Positions 51,731 through 63,763 of a stretch of 64,000 nt of DNA are shown here, in pieces. Made by a program: the position numbers and the translations under genes. Location: positions 7,981,113 through 8,045,112 of the forward strand of contig NC_081392.1 in the NCBI RefSeq assembly GCF_030684315.1. Reading direction: 5' to 3'. Under the pieces are notes generated by a model. That model was given only the letters and a program-made list of their open reading frames with translations, had not been told where the DNA came from and ran no database searches. Within the stretch, counting starts at the first letter, position 1. The number at the start of each line of letters is the position of its first letter. This DNA comes from Stegostoma tigrinum. Taxonomy: Eukaryota.

Positions 51731-53069
51731 TTTCTTGACAAAAAATATGAATCATCAGGTTTACTAATGAATGTCATTTCTACATCTGAGTATGACTGAG
51801 CAAACTGTATGATTTAATCTTTACTCCTTCCTGCCGACACCATGTGTGACGGCAAACTACCTGTCTATGAACAATTGCCTTGTTTTATTTACATTGTGTT
51901 CTTCAGATGGCATTTCCAGACGTCATCTTTATTACAGTAAGTTGGGAATTGCTATTGTAGATTTAGTGACTGTGATCATTTATGCCAGGCACTTTCCATT
52001 CTTATAGTGAACACTGTTAAAAAAAAATACTCTTGGGGCTCATTTGATTATGTGCTATCCAACAGCTCATTTTTAGGAGATGACATCTCTCACAAGGCCA
52101 GCATTTCTTCTTGCCTATCTCTGTTTTCTCTTGGAACACCTCAGACCATTCTATGCTGTGGGGTGACGGTGCCTCCATGCCCTATTAGGGAGCTCTGAGT
52201 TTTTGACCTAGTGATGGTGAAGGAATGTTGATACATTACCAGGTCAGGATTGTGTGCGGTTGGAGAGAAACCTGGTGGTGTTCATATGATCTGCTTACTT
52301 TGTCCTTCTAGGTCTTGAAGGTTGAGAGTTTGGGAAGGGCGATTGAATGTCACTTGGCAACTTCCTTCCCAAGGCTGGGTAAATAGACTCGCTGTCCTAA
52401 TGTCTTCTGCCTGCTGGGAGCTGATCTCTCCCATGGTCCTTGACAGTGTCTGGAAACTGGCTGCTGATGTATCCAGCATCTCAAAGTGCCTGCCCATCTG
52501 TGCATATCAAGATTTTCTACTGAGTATACTGCAGCAGCAGTACCCATCTGTGACCTCCCTCTCTATCAGCTGGCAAGGGAAACCCCATTCCTGGCTGTAA
52601 CCCACTTATACCTGAATGACTGCGTACTGAACCCAACTTATGACCACCTTCCAGGCTGCATGCAGTGCCAATATTTGATCTGGTGGCTTGAGAGGCTGAG
52701 TAGCCTACTTCTCCTATTTCTAATGTTCTCTGATCTGCTCAGAGTATTAGGATCAGACACCAAAGGATCAGTAATATGAATTTTCAGGCAGACAAAATCA
52801 AATAAAATTATAATCTGATCAATTATGTGTATTGTTTTTGTTAAAATTGCTTCACAAAAAATTAAATAACACAGTGATGCTCTGAAACAATTTTCATAAA
52901 TTCCACATATCAGATAACACATTGAAGTAGTCAGGGTAACATGGATTGGGTAGGGTGTATGAAGACATTGACCGTCACATGCAGACAGTCCTGAAGGATT
53001 GCTGCACTGTCAGAGGTGCTGCCTTACAACATAGAACACGTATGCTTTCAAAGGTGGATGTAAACAATT

Positions 53070-53366
53070 TCATAGAATCCCTACAATGTGGGAGCAGGCT
53101 ATTCAGCCCATACCAACCCTCCAAAGAGCAACCCACACAGACCCCCTCCCATACCCTATCCCTATAACCTGCATTTCCCATGGCTTATTCACCTAGCCTG
53201 CACACCCCTGGACACTGTGGGAAATTTTGCATGGTCAATCCACCTAACCCTCACGGAGATGGGAAGAATGTACAAACTCCACACAGACAGTTGCCCAAGG
53301 CTGTAATCAAACATGAGTCCTTACTGTTGTAAGGCAGCAGTGCTAGTCACCGAGCCATTGTGCCAC
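53070..53366 (-). mobile_element. HE1-type SINE
   Basis: catagaatccctacaatgtgggagcaggc...gcagcagtgctagtcaccgagcc. Confidence 0.85.
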
Positions 53367-53449
53367 GCAGTACTCCATGGGACTCTTTCAAATAAATGGT
53401 TTAAACAACATGCCTGAAAGCATGCACCAAATGTATTATCAAGGAAAAA

Positions 53450-55280
53450 GGAAGGACACAGTACAGGAGCTGGTTAATATATGGATGGGAATTAGAAAAA
53501 CAATCTGAGTCTATAGAACAGGCAGCTTAATGCCAGTAGGAGGAAAAGTGCTGGAGTATGTACTAAAAGAGTACTAGATGAACATGTAGGGACTACAGAA
53601 ACAATAAGAAATATAGCACACATTCCAAAAGGCATGCTAACTGACTTGATTTAAATTTCTGAAAGGATAACAAGAAGTTTAAAAAGGGCAATGCAGTAGC
53701 TGTCATATATTGGATTTTCCAAAGGTTATTAGAAAGGTACTTTATGGCAAGACCTTGAGAAAGGTTAAAGTGCAAAGATAGTCAGCTAAATAGACAGCAA
53801 ATTGTCTAAAAAGCAGAAAACGGTAAGCAGGAGTAAAGTGTAGTCATTTAGTTCAGAGGAAAGTAGAAAGAGATGTTCCACACAATCAACAGAAGGACCA
53901 CTTATGTTCATAATTTACATTATTCGGTTGGATTTGGTAACAAACAACTCAATACTTATTGATATGGGGTTGGTGGGAGGTTTAGCTAGTACTCAGAAGA
54001 TACAAGAAGAATTAGGACATTTGCATGCTAGAATTAAGTAGCAGATTCAGTGTTAATATAGAAATACAGGTTATGGGTTTGATTAAAAAAAATAAAAAGA
54101 CCAAGCCTCGAGGAAAAACAAAACTTAAAGGGATGAATGAGCAAGGCAAACACGAGGAAAAAATGAACAAATTATTATGAGGTTAGCAAAGCTATTAAAA
54201 ATGCTAACCAAGTATTGGAGATTGCTTTCGAGTGTTAAACATTTCCAAACTAATGAAGTTGTATTAATATGATTGTTTGCAATTAGAATTCACAATCTGT
54301 TCTCCATACTATTAAAAGGATATGGAAGCATTGGAGAAAGTGAAAAAAATTACAATGATGGTACCAGAACTGATAAGTATGTTTATGTGGAAGTTTTAAC
54401 AGGGTAGGACTGTTTCTTTAGAAATTCAAAGATGTACAGAATTTAAAATTATGTATGATTGGATATTTTATGAATGATAATTTTATATATTAATTATTTT
54501 ATTTTTATTAATGATTTATATTTTAATAGGTGCATAGTATAAAAACAAGGAGCTGACGTTGAACTTGTACAAGACACTAGTTAGATCTCAACTGGAGGTC
54601 CGGTTCTGGAGGCACATGATAGTGAGGATGTGAACATATTAGAGAAAGTGTAGAAGTGATTTACAAGAATGATTCCACGGAGAAATTTCAGTTATGATGA
54701 TAAATTGAAGAATTTGGGACTTTCTCCCAGGAGAGAAGGCCGAGAGAAGATCTGATAGAGGTTTTCAAAATCATGCTGGAGCTTGGTAGAGTAGCTACGG
54801 AGAAATTGTTCCCGCTCATAAAAGGGTCAACAACTAGACATTTGAAGACTTAGATTTAAAGTAAACAAAGTGATTGTGAGGCAAGGAACAAAACACTTTT
54901 TGCACTGTGAGTGGTTAGGATATGGAATATCAGAGATAATGGGATATGGAATATGCTGTCTTGAAATGTGTTAGAAACAGGTTCAATTGAGGCAGTCAGT
55001 AGGTTATTGTGTGATCATTTGGATAGAAGTAATGTGCGAGAGCATGTGGAAAAACCAGATTGACAATGGATAATGACATTCATTTGAAGAGCTGGAGCAG
55101 ACATGAGGAGCTGAATGGAAGTGACCAAGGCAAATCATTTAAAAGCTTTCCATAAGAGACTAGATGAGTACACGAAAGAAAGGAGAATAGAAACATGTGC
55201 TAAAAGCATGCTGAATATGGAATAGAAGGTATAGGTAGACAGTATATCAAACAAGTAAAAAGTATTTGGCTTGTTTCTGT
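53450..55280 (+). mobile_element. Old, AT-drifted CR1 RT fragments
   Basis: atattggattttccaaagg, ttgtacaagacactagttaga, gatctgatagaggttttcaaaatc. Confidence 0.6.
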
Positions 55281-55929
55281 GCTAAGAACAGGAGAGTTCT
55301 CCTGGTGTCCTGGCCAATATTTGTCCTCAACTAAAAGCTGAAAAGATTAATTGATATAAAAACAGAAAGTGCTGGACAAACTCAGCAGATTTGACGGCAT
55401 CTGTGGAGATAGAAAGAGTTAACGTTTCTAGTCCAGTATGAGTCTTCCTCAAATTAATTGATCATTGTCTCCTACGTAAAACACTGTGAATGCAAGAAAT
55501 ACGGATGCATATCACGCAGCATCTGTGGAGAGAGAAGCATAATTGAGAAGTTTGGGTTCATTAACCCTGACTCGGTCATTACAGCTATTTCTAACTAACT
55601 TCTTCAGGCAGTTTTGTCATGTTGGGAAGCATGCCTTGAACCCAAGTTTCACGTCTCAGAGGTAGGGAAAGGACCAGTGCACCACATAGTACCATGAATG
55701 AATTGCTTTAGGTATTTTGTTTTGGTATTTTAATCAACCTGTCCAGGTGTAGTACTACTCATCTCTTGGGCAGGTGCGACTTGAACCCTTGTCTCCTGGC
55801 TCAGAGGTAGAGACATTACCCTTACACCACCGGAACCTCAACAGATCATTAGTTCACTGATATTTCACTGAATCTGTCCGGTGCAAATTCAGATCCGCTG
55901 ACTCTGATCCTTTTGAATAGAATTGTGGT

Positions 55930-56156
55930 GGCTGCGAAATCGCCGTGATGGACCTTCTGATAGGCTGCTTGCGCCGTCAATCAACCCCATTCTAGCCAAT
56001 GGAGCTGATATCTTTCCGACCCATCCATGAAAAGGTAGCAAATTGTAGCGGCCAATGAGAATCAGCCAATGGGATGTTGACGTCGATCTTCGTCACAACT
56101 GGGTGCGGGTTTGAGGGCGGGGCCAGTGGGAAGGTGGGCACGGACCCGGAAGCAGC
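55930..56156 (+). promoter_or_regulatory. CpG-rich promoter of thioredoxin-like gene 2
   Basis: CCAAT at 55996, 56052, 56066; TGACGT 56078-56083 and CGTCA 56091-56095; GGGCGGGGCC 56115-56124; CCGGAAG 56146-56152. Confidence 0.7.
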
Positions 56157-56474
56157 ATGGTGGTGAGACACGTGGAGGACGCCAAGCAGTTCCAGAACCT
56201 GTTGAGCCAGACCGAGCAGCTGGTTGTCGTCATGTACTCGGCCGAGTGGTGTAGCAACTGCCGCATGATCCGGCCGCATTTCTACAACCTCTCCGAGCAG
56301 TTGACCAACATCGTCTTCGTGGAGGTGGATGTCGACGACGCGGAGCCGCTCGCTCGGTCCGCTGGCATCACATGCATGCCCACCTTCCACTTCTTCAGGC
56401 GCTCGGCCAGAATGGGAGAGTTCTCGGGGACCAAGAGGGAGAAGTTGGAGCGCCTACTGGACGAACTGCAGTGA
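56157..56474 (+). CDS. Intronless thioredoxin-like protein 2, 105 aa, active site WCSNC
   Basis: agcATGG start; LVVVMYSAEWCSNCRMIRPHF...FVEVDVDDA...CMPTFHFF...GEFSG..REKLE aligns end to end with 105-aa TXN; AATAAA at 56557-56562. Confidence 0.9.
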   Translation: MVVRHVEDAKQFQNLLSQTEQLVVVMYSAEWCSNCRMIRPHFYNLSEQLTNIVFVEVDVDDAEPLARSAGITCMPTFHFFRRSARMGEFSGTKREKLERLLDELQ

Positions 56475-57061
56475 GCGGCCTGTTAGAAATTTAGAAAAAA
56501 ATAGACAGGGAAAAACGAAAGCCCAAAAAAAACCTGGAGTTTGAATTCTCTGGATTAATAAAAGTGCAGCTAAAAATATATAACCAGAGAAAGTAAGGGA
56601 GGCAGTTTTCAAAATTCATCTTTGGAATGTGCCCGTCACCTTCTCCAAACAGTGATTATGGTGGATTTTGATGGCTATTTCAGACAGTAGTTAAGAGTCA
56701 ATCACAACAGTTGTGACCACCAATGGGATTTTGGAAGTTTTGTATTGTACAGGGAATCTGGCACATTATTTTGGATCAGGACTGGTTTAGAGTGGAGCTT
56801 GCAGTATATGTTTTAAAAGAGCTAACATTTATATGGCATCTTTCACATTTTAAGGAGGTATAATTGAACCATATCAGCTGCAGCTGAATAGTGGCATTCT
56901 AACCTCTTTGTGTCAGAAGGTTGTGGTTTCAAACACCATTCTATAGAAAATCCAGGAAAATTCTGCAGTTACAGCACCAAGAGTGATGCACCATCAGAGG
57001 TTCCAATATTTGGGTTGAGAACAATACAAGATATCGGCTCCCCTCTTGGCTAGCTGATGGA

Positions 57062-57870
57062 ACATTAGAACATTACAGCACTGTACAGACCCCTTCAGCC
57101 TTCGATGTTGCACCGACCTATGAAACCAATCTGAAGTCCATCCAACCTACACTATTCCATTATCATCTGCATGTTTATCCAATGACCATTTAAATGCCCT
57201 TAAAGTTGGCGAGTCTACTGTTGCAGGCAGGACATTCCATGCCCTTACTGCTCTCTGAGTAAAGAACCTACCTCTGACATCTGTCCTATATCTATCACCT
57301 CTCAATTTAAAACTACGTCCCCTCGTGCTAGCCATCACCATCCAAGGAAAAAGGCTCTCACTGTCCACCCTGTCTAATCCTCTGATCATCTTGTATGTCT
57401 CTATTAAGTCGCCTCTTAACCTTCTTCTCTCTAACAAAAACAGGCTCAAGTCCCTCAGCCTTTCCTCATCAGACCTTCACTCTGTACCAGGCAACATCCT
57501 GGTAAATCTCCTCTGCACACTTTCCAATGTTTCCACATCCTTCCTATAATGCAGCAACCAGAACTGTATGCAACACTCCAAGTGTGGCCGCACCAGAGTT
57601 TTGTACATTTGCAACATGACCTCATGGCTCCAAAACTCAATCTCTCTACCAATAAAACCTAACACACCGTACGCCTTCTTATTAACCTTATCAACCTGGG
57701 TGGCAATTTTCAGGGATCTATGCACATGGACACCGAGATCTCTTTGCTCATGCACACTACCAAAAATCTTACCATTAGCCCAGGACTCTGTATTCCTGTT
57801 ACTCCTTCCAAAGTGAATCACCTCACACTTTTCCGCATTAAACTCTATTTGCCTCCTCTCAGCCCATCTC
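57062..57870 (-). mobile_element. Young CR1/HER1 3' fragment
   Basis: IHFGRSN...EQRDLGVHVHRSLK...YKTLVRPHLE..QFW; LERRRLRGDLIETYK...FFTQR; (gaacatta)n tail. Confidence 0.92.
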
Positions 57871-60022
57871 TGGGAAAGATCCCATTGCGCTATTTTGAGG
57901 AAAAATAGGAATGATCTTTCAAGTGTCCTGGCTGATACTTATCCCTGAACTAATACCAATAATGTGCAGTTGCTGGTGTTGGACTGGGGTGGACAAGGTC
58001 AGCAATCACCCAACAGTAGGTTATAGTCCAACAGATTTATTTGAAAACACAAGTTTTTGGAGCCTCAGTCCTTCTTCAGATGGTAGTATTTGAGGTAGTA
58101 TCAGACACAGAATTTAGAAGTAAAGATCAAAGGTTTACACGATGGATGAAGATGTACTAAATCTAAGATGCTATTAAATCTTTATATGTAAATCCCCGAA
58201 TTCCTTTCAAGCCATGGTCCTGAGGGAATTAGAGGTTTTATCAGTGTAAAAAAGAGGTGACATTTTACGTCAGATGATACAAGTTAGGTGTGATGCCTTG
58301 TTGGCAATCTGTTTGTGTTTTAGTTCGGAGTCAGACTGGTTTTATTCCTAAAGTGGGAATGTATAAAACACGACATTGACTGACTGTCTATAAATTGTGT
58401 ACTTTTCGAACAAAATAAAATGTATCTGCAAATACAAATTTACCCATAGATTCACATGTGTGTGTGTCTGTCTGTGAGAGAGAGAGAGAGAGACTTGACA
58501 GACTTTGTGTGGATGAGAGAGGATCTGTCTAAGTGTATGTATGTGTGTGTGTGTGAGAGAGAGTGTACAGTGAGGTGGGGTCACCTGTAGTGCGACACAA
58601 ACCCAAGATCCCAGTTGAGACTGTCTTCAATGGTACTGAACCTGGCTATCAGCCTCTGCTCAGCGACTCTGTTGTGTATCCTGAAATCTGCTTTGGAGCA
58701 CGTTTAGCCCAACATCCGAGCACGAATGCCCTTGACTGCTGACGTGTTCCCCCAGTGGGAGGGAACATCACTGTCTGGTGATTGTTGCACAGTGTCCATT
58801 CATCCATTGTCATTGTGTCTGCATGATTTTGCCAATATACCATGCCTCAAGACATCCTTGCCTACAACATATGTGATAGACAACATTGGCCGAGTCATGT
58901 GTATCTGCCATGCACATGGTGGGTGGTATTCCATTGTGTGATGGTAGAGTCCATGTCGAAGATCTGACATGTTTTGTAGAGGTTACCATGACAGGGTTGT
59001 AGGACGTAATGATCGATATTGTCCTGAAGTCTGGGTAGTTTGCTGTGAACAATGGTTTGTTTAAGGTTAGGTGGTTGTTTGAAGGCAAGAAGTGGAGGTG
59101 TGGGGAAGATCTCGGTGAGATGGTCATCATCATCGATAATGTGTTGAAGGCTACAAAAAACATGGCATAGTTTCTCTGCTCCCGGGAAGTACTGGACAAC
59201 AAAGGTACCCTATTGCATGTATCCCTTATCTGAGCAGGTCATTATGGAATTTTGCTGTGGCACTTCGGAACTGGCGATCGATGAGTTGAGCATCGTATTG
59301 GCCTTGTTGATCTTTAAGGGACCATATTCTGTTCCTACTTATTCTTTTGCCCTTAATTTACTTGGAGAATATCTTTGGATCCTCCTGTACCCTATCTGCC
59401 AAAGCTGTCTCAGGTCTCCCTTTTGCCTCCTGATTTCCCTCAAGTGTACTCCTACACTCCCTATACTCCTCAAGAGTTTCCCTTGAATCTAGCTGTCTGT
59501 ACCCTACATACGCCTCCTTTTTCTTAACCAGAACCTCGATATCTCCAAGTCATCCAGTGTTCCCTACTCCTGCCAGCCTTACCCTCCACACAAACAGGAA
59601 CCTGCTGGCCCTGAACTCTATTATTTTGTTTTTGAAAGCTGATGTGCTTTTCACATTTCATTAACACTTAAGGCAAAAGTAAAACACTACAATGACATCA
59701 TAAATATTTATTTATAGATCTTATTAGTTTTTGGGGTACTGTGCATGACTGGGATCTGAATACCTGCAAGAAGATCTCCGGATATTTTTATGTCCAAGGA
59801 TTTGCCTTCTGACCTGAGCTCATGAGAACTCATCTATCAGTGTTGTGTTGTAAAGTACAGAATACATTATTTATCAAAATCAATATTAGTGATGTAGTGT
59901 CTCAAGTATAATAAAATGCTGGATCATAAATTTTAAGGATTATAAAAATATGGTGAAAGCATGCAAAAACAATTCTTGCTGATATTAGATTTCGTCTGAA
60001 GACTGTCCAAGGTGTATAACAT

Positions 60023-60752
60023 TTGTATACTGCTTCCACTGTACCCGGTGTGGCTGCCTCTACATTGGGGAAACCAAGCGGAGGCTTGGGGACCGCTTTG
60101 CAGAACACCTCCGCTCAGTTCACAATAAACAACTGCACCTCCCAGTCGCAAACCATTTCCACTCCCCCTCCCATTTTTTAGATGACATGTCCATCATGGG
60201 CCTCCTGCAGTGCCACAATGACGCCACCCGAAGGTTGCAGGAACAGCAACTCATATTCCGCTTGGGAACCCTGCAGCCCAATGGTATCAATGTGGACTTC
60301 ACCAGCTTCAAAATCTCCCCTTCCCCCACCGCATCCCAAAACCAGCCCAGTTCGTCCCCTCCCCCCACTGCACCACACAACCAGCCCAGCTCTTCCCCTC
60401 CCCCCAATGCATCCCAAAACCAGTCCAACCTGTCTCTGCCTCCCTAACCTGTTCTTATTCTCACCCATCCCTTCCTCCCACCCCAAGCCGCACCTCCATC
60501 TCCTACCTACTAACCTCATCCCACCTCCTTGACCTGTCCATCTTCCCTGGACTGACATATCCCCTCCCCACCTATACTCTCCTCTCCACCTATCTTCTTT
60601 TCTCTCCATCTTCGGTCCGCCTCCCTATTAATTCTAGAACCCTCACCCGATCCCCCTCTCTGATGAAGTGTCTAGTCCCGAAATGTCAGCTTTTATGCTC
60701 CTAAGATGTTGCTGGGCCTGCTGTGTTCATCCAGCCTCACATTTTATTATCT
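60023..60752 (+). mobile_element. 5'-truncated young Penelope-like element (second family), open GIY-YIG frame, 10-bp TSD
   Basis: tgtataacat at 60013-60022 and 60753-60762; 60025-60447 reads VYCFHCTRCGCLYIGETKRRLGDRFAEH...RRLQEQQLIFRLGTLQPNGIN without stops; pLTR with CTGATGA...GAAA at 60660-60683. Confidence 0.88.
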
Positions 60753-60994
60753 TGTATAACATGGGTATTTTATGAATTAAATGTTCCTGGGGCATGGATG
60801 TTGCAAGCAAAAGCCATTACTAACTGCCTTTTGAGAAGGAAATGTAAGTCACCATCTTGACAATGGAATGATTTGCTGGGCTATTTGAAGCGAGTTGAGA
60901 ATTAATTTGTAAAGTTCTATTTTGTTGACAGTTCTGAAAGCCTTCATGAGATTCACAGTATCCTGTTCTCTACACTATTCTTGTAGCAGACCGA

Positions 60995-61379
60995 TGGAGA
61001 TATCTTCAAAGAGGTTTATAAAATCTGAGGGGCATGGATAGGGTGAATAATCAAGGCTTTTTTCCCCAGGGTAGGGGAGTCCAAAACTTAAAGCTAAGTC
61101 CTCTTGGTGAGTGAGGAAAGATTTACAAGGAACCTGAGGGGCAACTTCTTTACAGAGTCGTGTTTGAATGGAATGAGCTGCCAGAAGAAGTGGTAGAGAC
61201 AGGTACAATTATAACATATAAAAGGCATCTGGATGGGAACATGAATAGAAAGGGTTTAGAGCGATATGGGCCAAATGCTGGAAAATGGAACTAAATTAAT
61301 TTAGGATATCTGGTCAGCGTGGACGAGTTGGACCAAATGGTCTGTTTCTGTGCTATACATCTGACTGACTGAATGAATT
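60995..61379 (+). mobile_element. CR1/HER1 3' end
   Basis: agaggtttataaaatc...ggggagtccaaaac...gggcaacttcttt...ggatatctggtcagcgtggacgagttggacc. Confidence 0.8.
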
Positions 61380-63123
61380 CTGTTCCTGTGAGGGCGTCCT
61401 TTAACACCTTCAGGTGTCCATCTTGTTTTTCCTTATCCAAACAGATGCTCTGTATGTGTAGGGATTGTCCATAGGAGATGGCTGTTTCAATATGTTTCGG
61501 GTAGAAGCTGGAGAAGTGCAGCATTGTCAGGTTATCCATAGGCTTGTGGTAGAGTGATGTACCACATCTGTCCCTGATGGAGATGCATGTGTCCAAGAAT
61601 AAGACTGAAATTTGTTGATATCACTATGTAGGTGTTTCAGTGATTCCTCGCCATGAGTCTAAAGGAAGAAAATGTCATCAGTTTGTCTGGTGTACAGCAT
61701 TGATTAGAGGTTCTGTACAGCAAAGAAGTCTTGTTGGAACCTGTGCATAAAAGTATTTGCATACTGGGGAGCAAATCTGGTCCCCATGCCTGTTCCATGC
61801 ATCTGGATGAAGAACTGGTTGTTGAAGGTGAGGAGGAAGTGATGAGTTGCAGGATGGCGCCTGGAAATTGGCAGTTGGTGGTATTGATACTGAGGTTGTT
61901 GCAGTGATGCTGTCCTCATGGGGGATGCTGGTGTAGGGTGCTGAAACATCCATTGTGATAAGGATGTTCCTGGTTTGATTGGTCCATGGATGTTGAGTTA
62001 AGAAACCTGTAATGTCATCGCAGAAGCTGGGGGTTCCCTGTACAATGGGTTTCAGGATGCCCTTGACATTGCCAGAGAGGTTCTCACACTGGGTCCTATT
62101 GCCTGATACGTTGGGACATCCAGGTGTGTTGGCTTTGTGTATTTTTGGAAGGCAGTAGAAGTCCCCTACACAGGAAGTACACAGGATGAGAGTGCGTTGG
62201 GGACTCTGAAGGACTGGATCAAAAGTCTTGACCAATCTGTTCATTGACGGGTGTATTCTTTGGTCGCATTGGCAGGTAGTTGTCTGTAGTGTTCCTAGTT
62301 ACAGTAGTCCATTTTCATGCACCGGCTTGACTTCATTGATACACAAAAAGTCCGATCAGTGCCATACATCAGATACATTGATGACATTTTCTTCTGTTGA
62401 ACTCTCGACGAGGAATAACTGTAACAACTATATAGTTGTATCAGCAAGTTTCATCCCACCATCAGACTTACCATGGATTACACTTCAGAATCAGTCTCGC
62501 TGTTGGACATACACACATCTCTAACAGGGACGACACCTCAGTATATCCCTCAGTACTGGAAGCATATGGATGTCCTCATGATGCTGCACTTCTCTAGCTT
62601 CCACCCAAAACATACTAAAACAGCCATCGCCTATGGACAAGCCCTACACATACACAGGATCTGCTCAGATGAGGAGGATCGAGAAAGACACCTGAAGGTG
62701 TTGAAGGAGACCCTCATGTGAACAGGATATGATGCTCAACTCATCGATCACCAGTTCCGACTTGCCACAGTAAAAAACAGTAATAACCTCCTCAGAAGAC
62801 AGAGACATATCCAAATGGGTACTCTTTATCATCCAGTACTTCCTGGGAACAGAGAAACTACTGTTCTTCGTTGCCTTCAACATATTATCGATGACAATGA
62901 GCACCTTGCCAAGACCTTCATGTCACTCCACAGGTGACCCTTCCACACAATACATTCTCACATACATACAAACTCACTCACACAGACACACACACAGATC
63001 CTCTCTCATACACGCAGTCTCTCAAACCTCTCTCGCTGTCTGTTCCCCCACTTCACACACACACTGTTTCTCTCTCCACACATGCACACACATACTCTCT
63101 CACGCACACATACATTCACTTTC

Positions 63124-63167
<44 letters not shown>

Positions 63168-63733
63168 TTTCTCTCTCCGCACATGCACACACATACTCTC
63201 TCACGCACACATACATTCACTTTCCCTCACACACACACACACTTTCTCTCTCTTCTCCCACCCCCATCCCCAATACACCACAGATATACACATAATCACT
63301 CAGTCTCTCTCTCATAAACAAAGACGTGTGAATCTTTGGGGTGAATTTGTATTTGCAGATACATTTTATTTTGTTCAAAAAGCACACAATTTATAGACAA
63401 TGTGGTGTTTTATAAATTCTTACTTTAGAAATAAAACCAGTATGACTCCAAGCTAAAACACAAACAGTTTGTAAACAAGGCTGCAATGTAACATGCATTG
63501 TCTGACCTAAAATATCATCCCTTCTTTACACTGGTGAAACCATTAATTCTCTCAGGACCATGACTTGAAAGGAATTCGGGGATTTACATAGACATATTAC
63601 TCAATTAAAACCTTCTAACAGATTAAAGATTTAACAGCATCTTAGGTTTGTTTAGTACATTCTCAATCATGGTGTGAACATTTGATCTTTTACTAATAAA
63701 TTCTGTGTGTGGTACTTCCTCACTCACTAACAC

Positions 63734-63763
63734 CTGAAGAAGGACTGAGCCTTCGAAAGCTCA
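63734..63763 (+). ncRNA. Hammerhead-like motif in terminal pLTR
   Basis: CTGAAGA-aggactgagccttc-GAAA-GCTC; core boxes intact, stem II imperfect. Confidence 0.4.

Noticed and set aside
52282-52779. Cluster of 65-97 aa ORFs between the thioredoxin genes
   Set aside because: No recognisable domain, splice structure or third Trx copy; probably decayed repeat.
62891-63396. His/Thr-rich ORFs
   Set aside because: Translation of (CA)n/(CT)n microsatellite in the Penelope 3' UTR.
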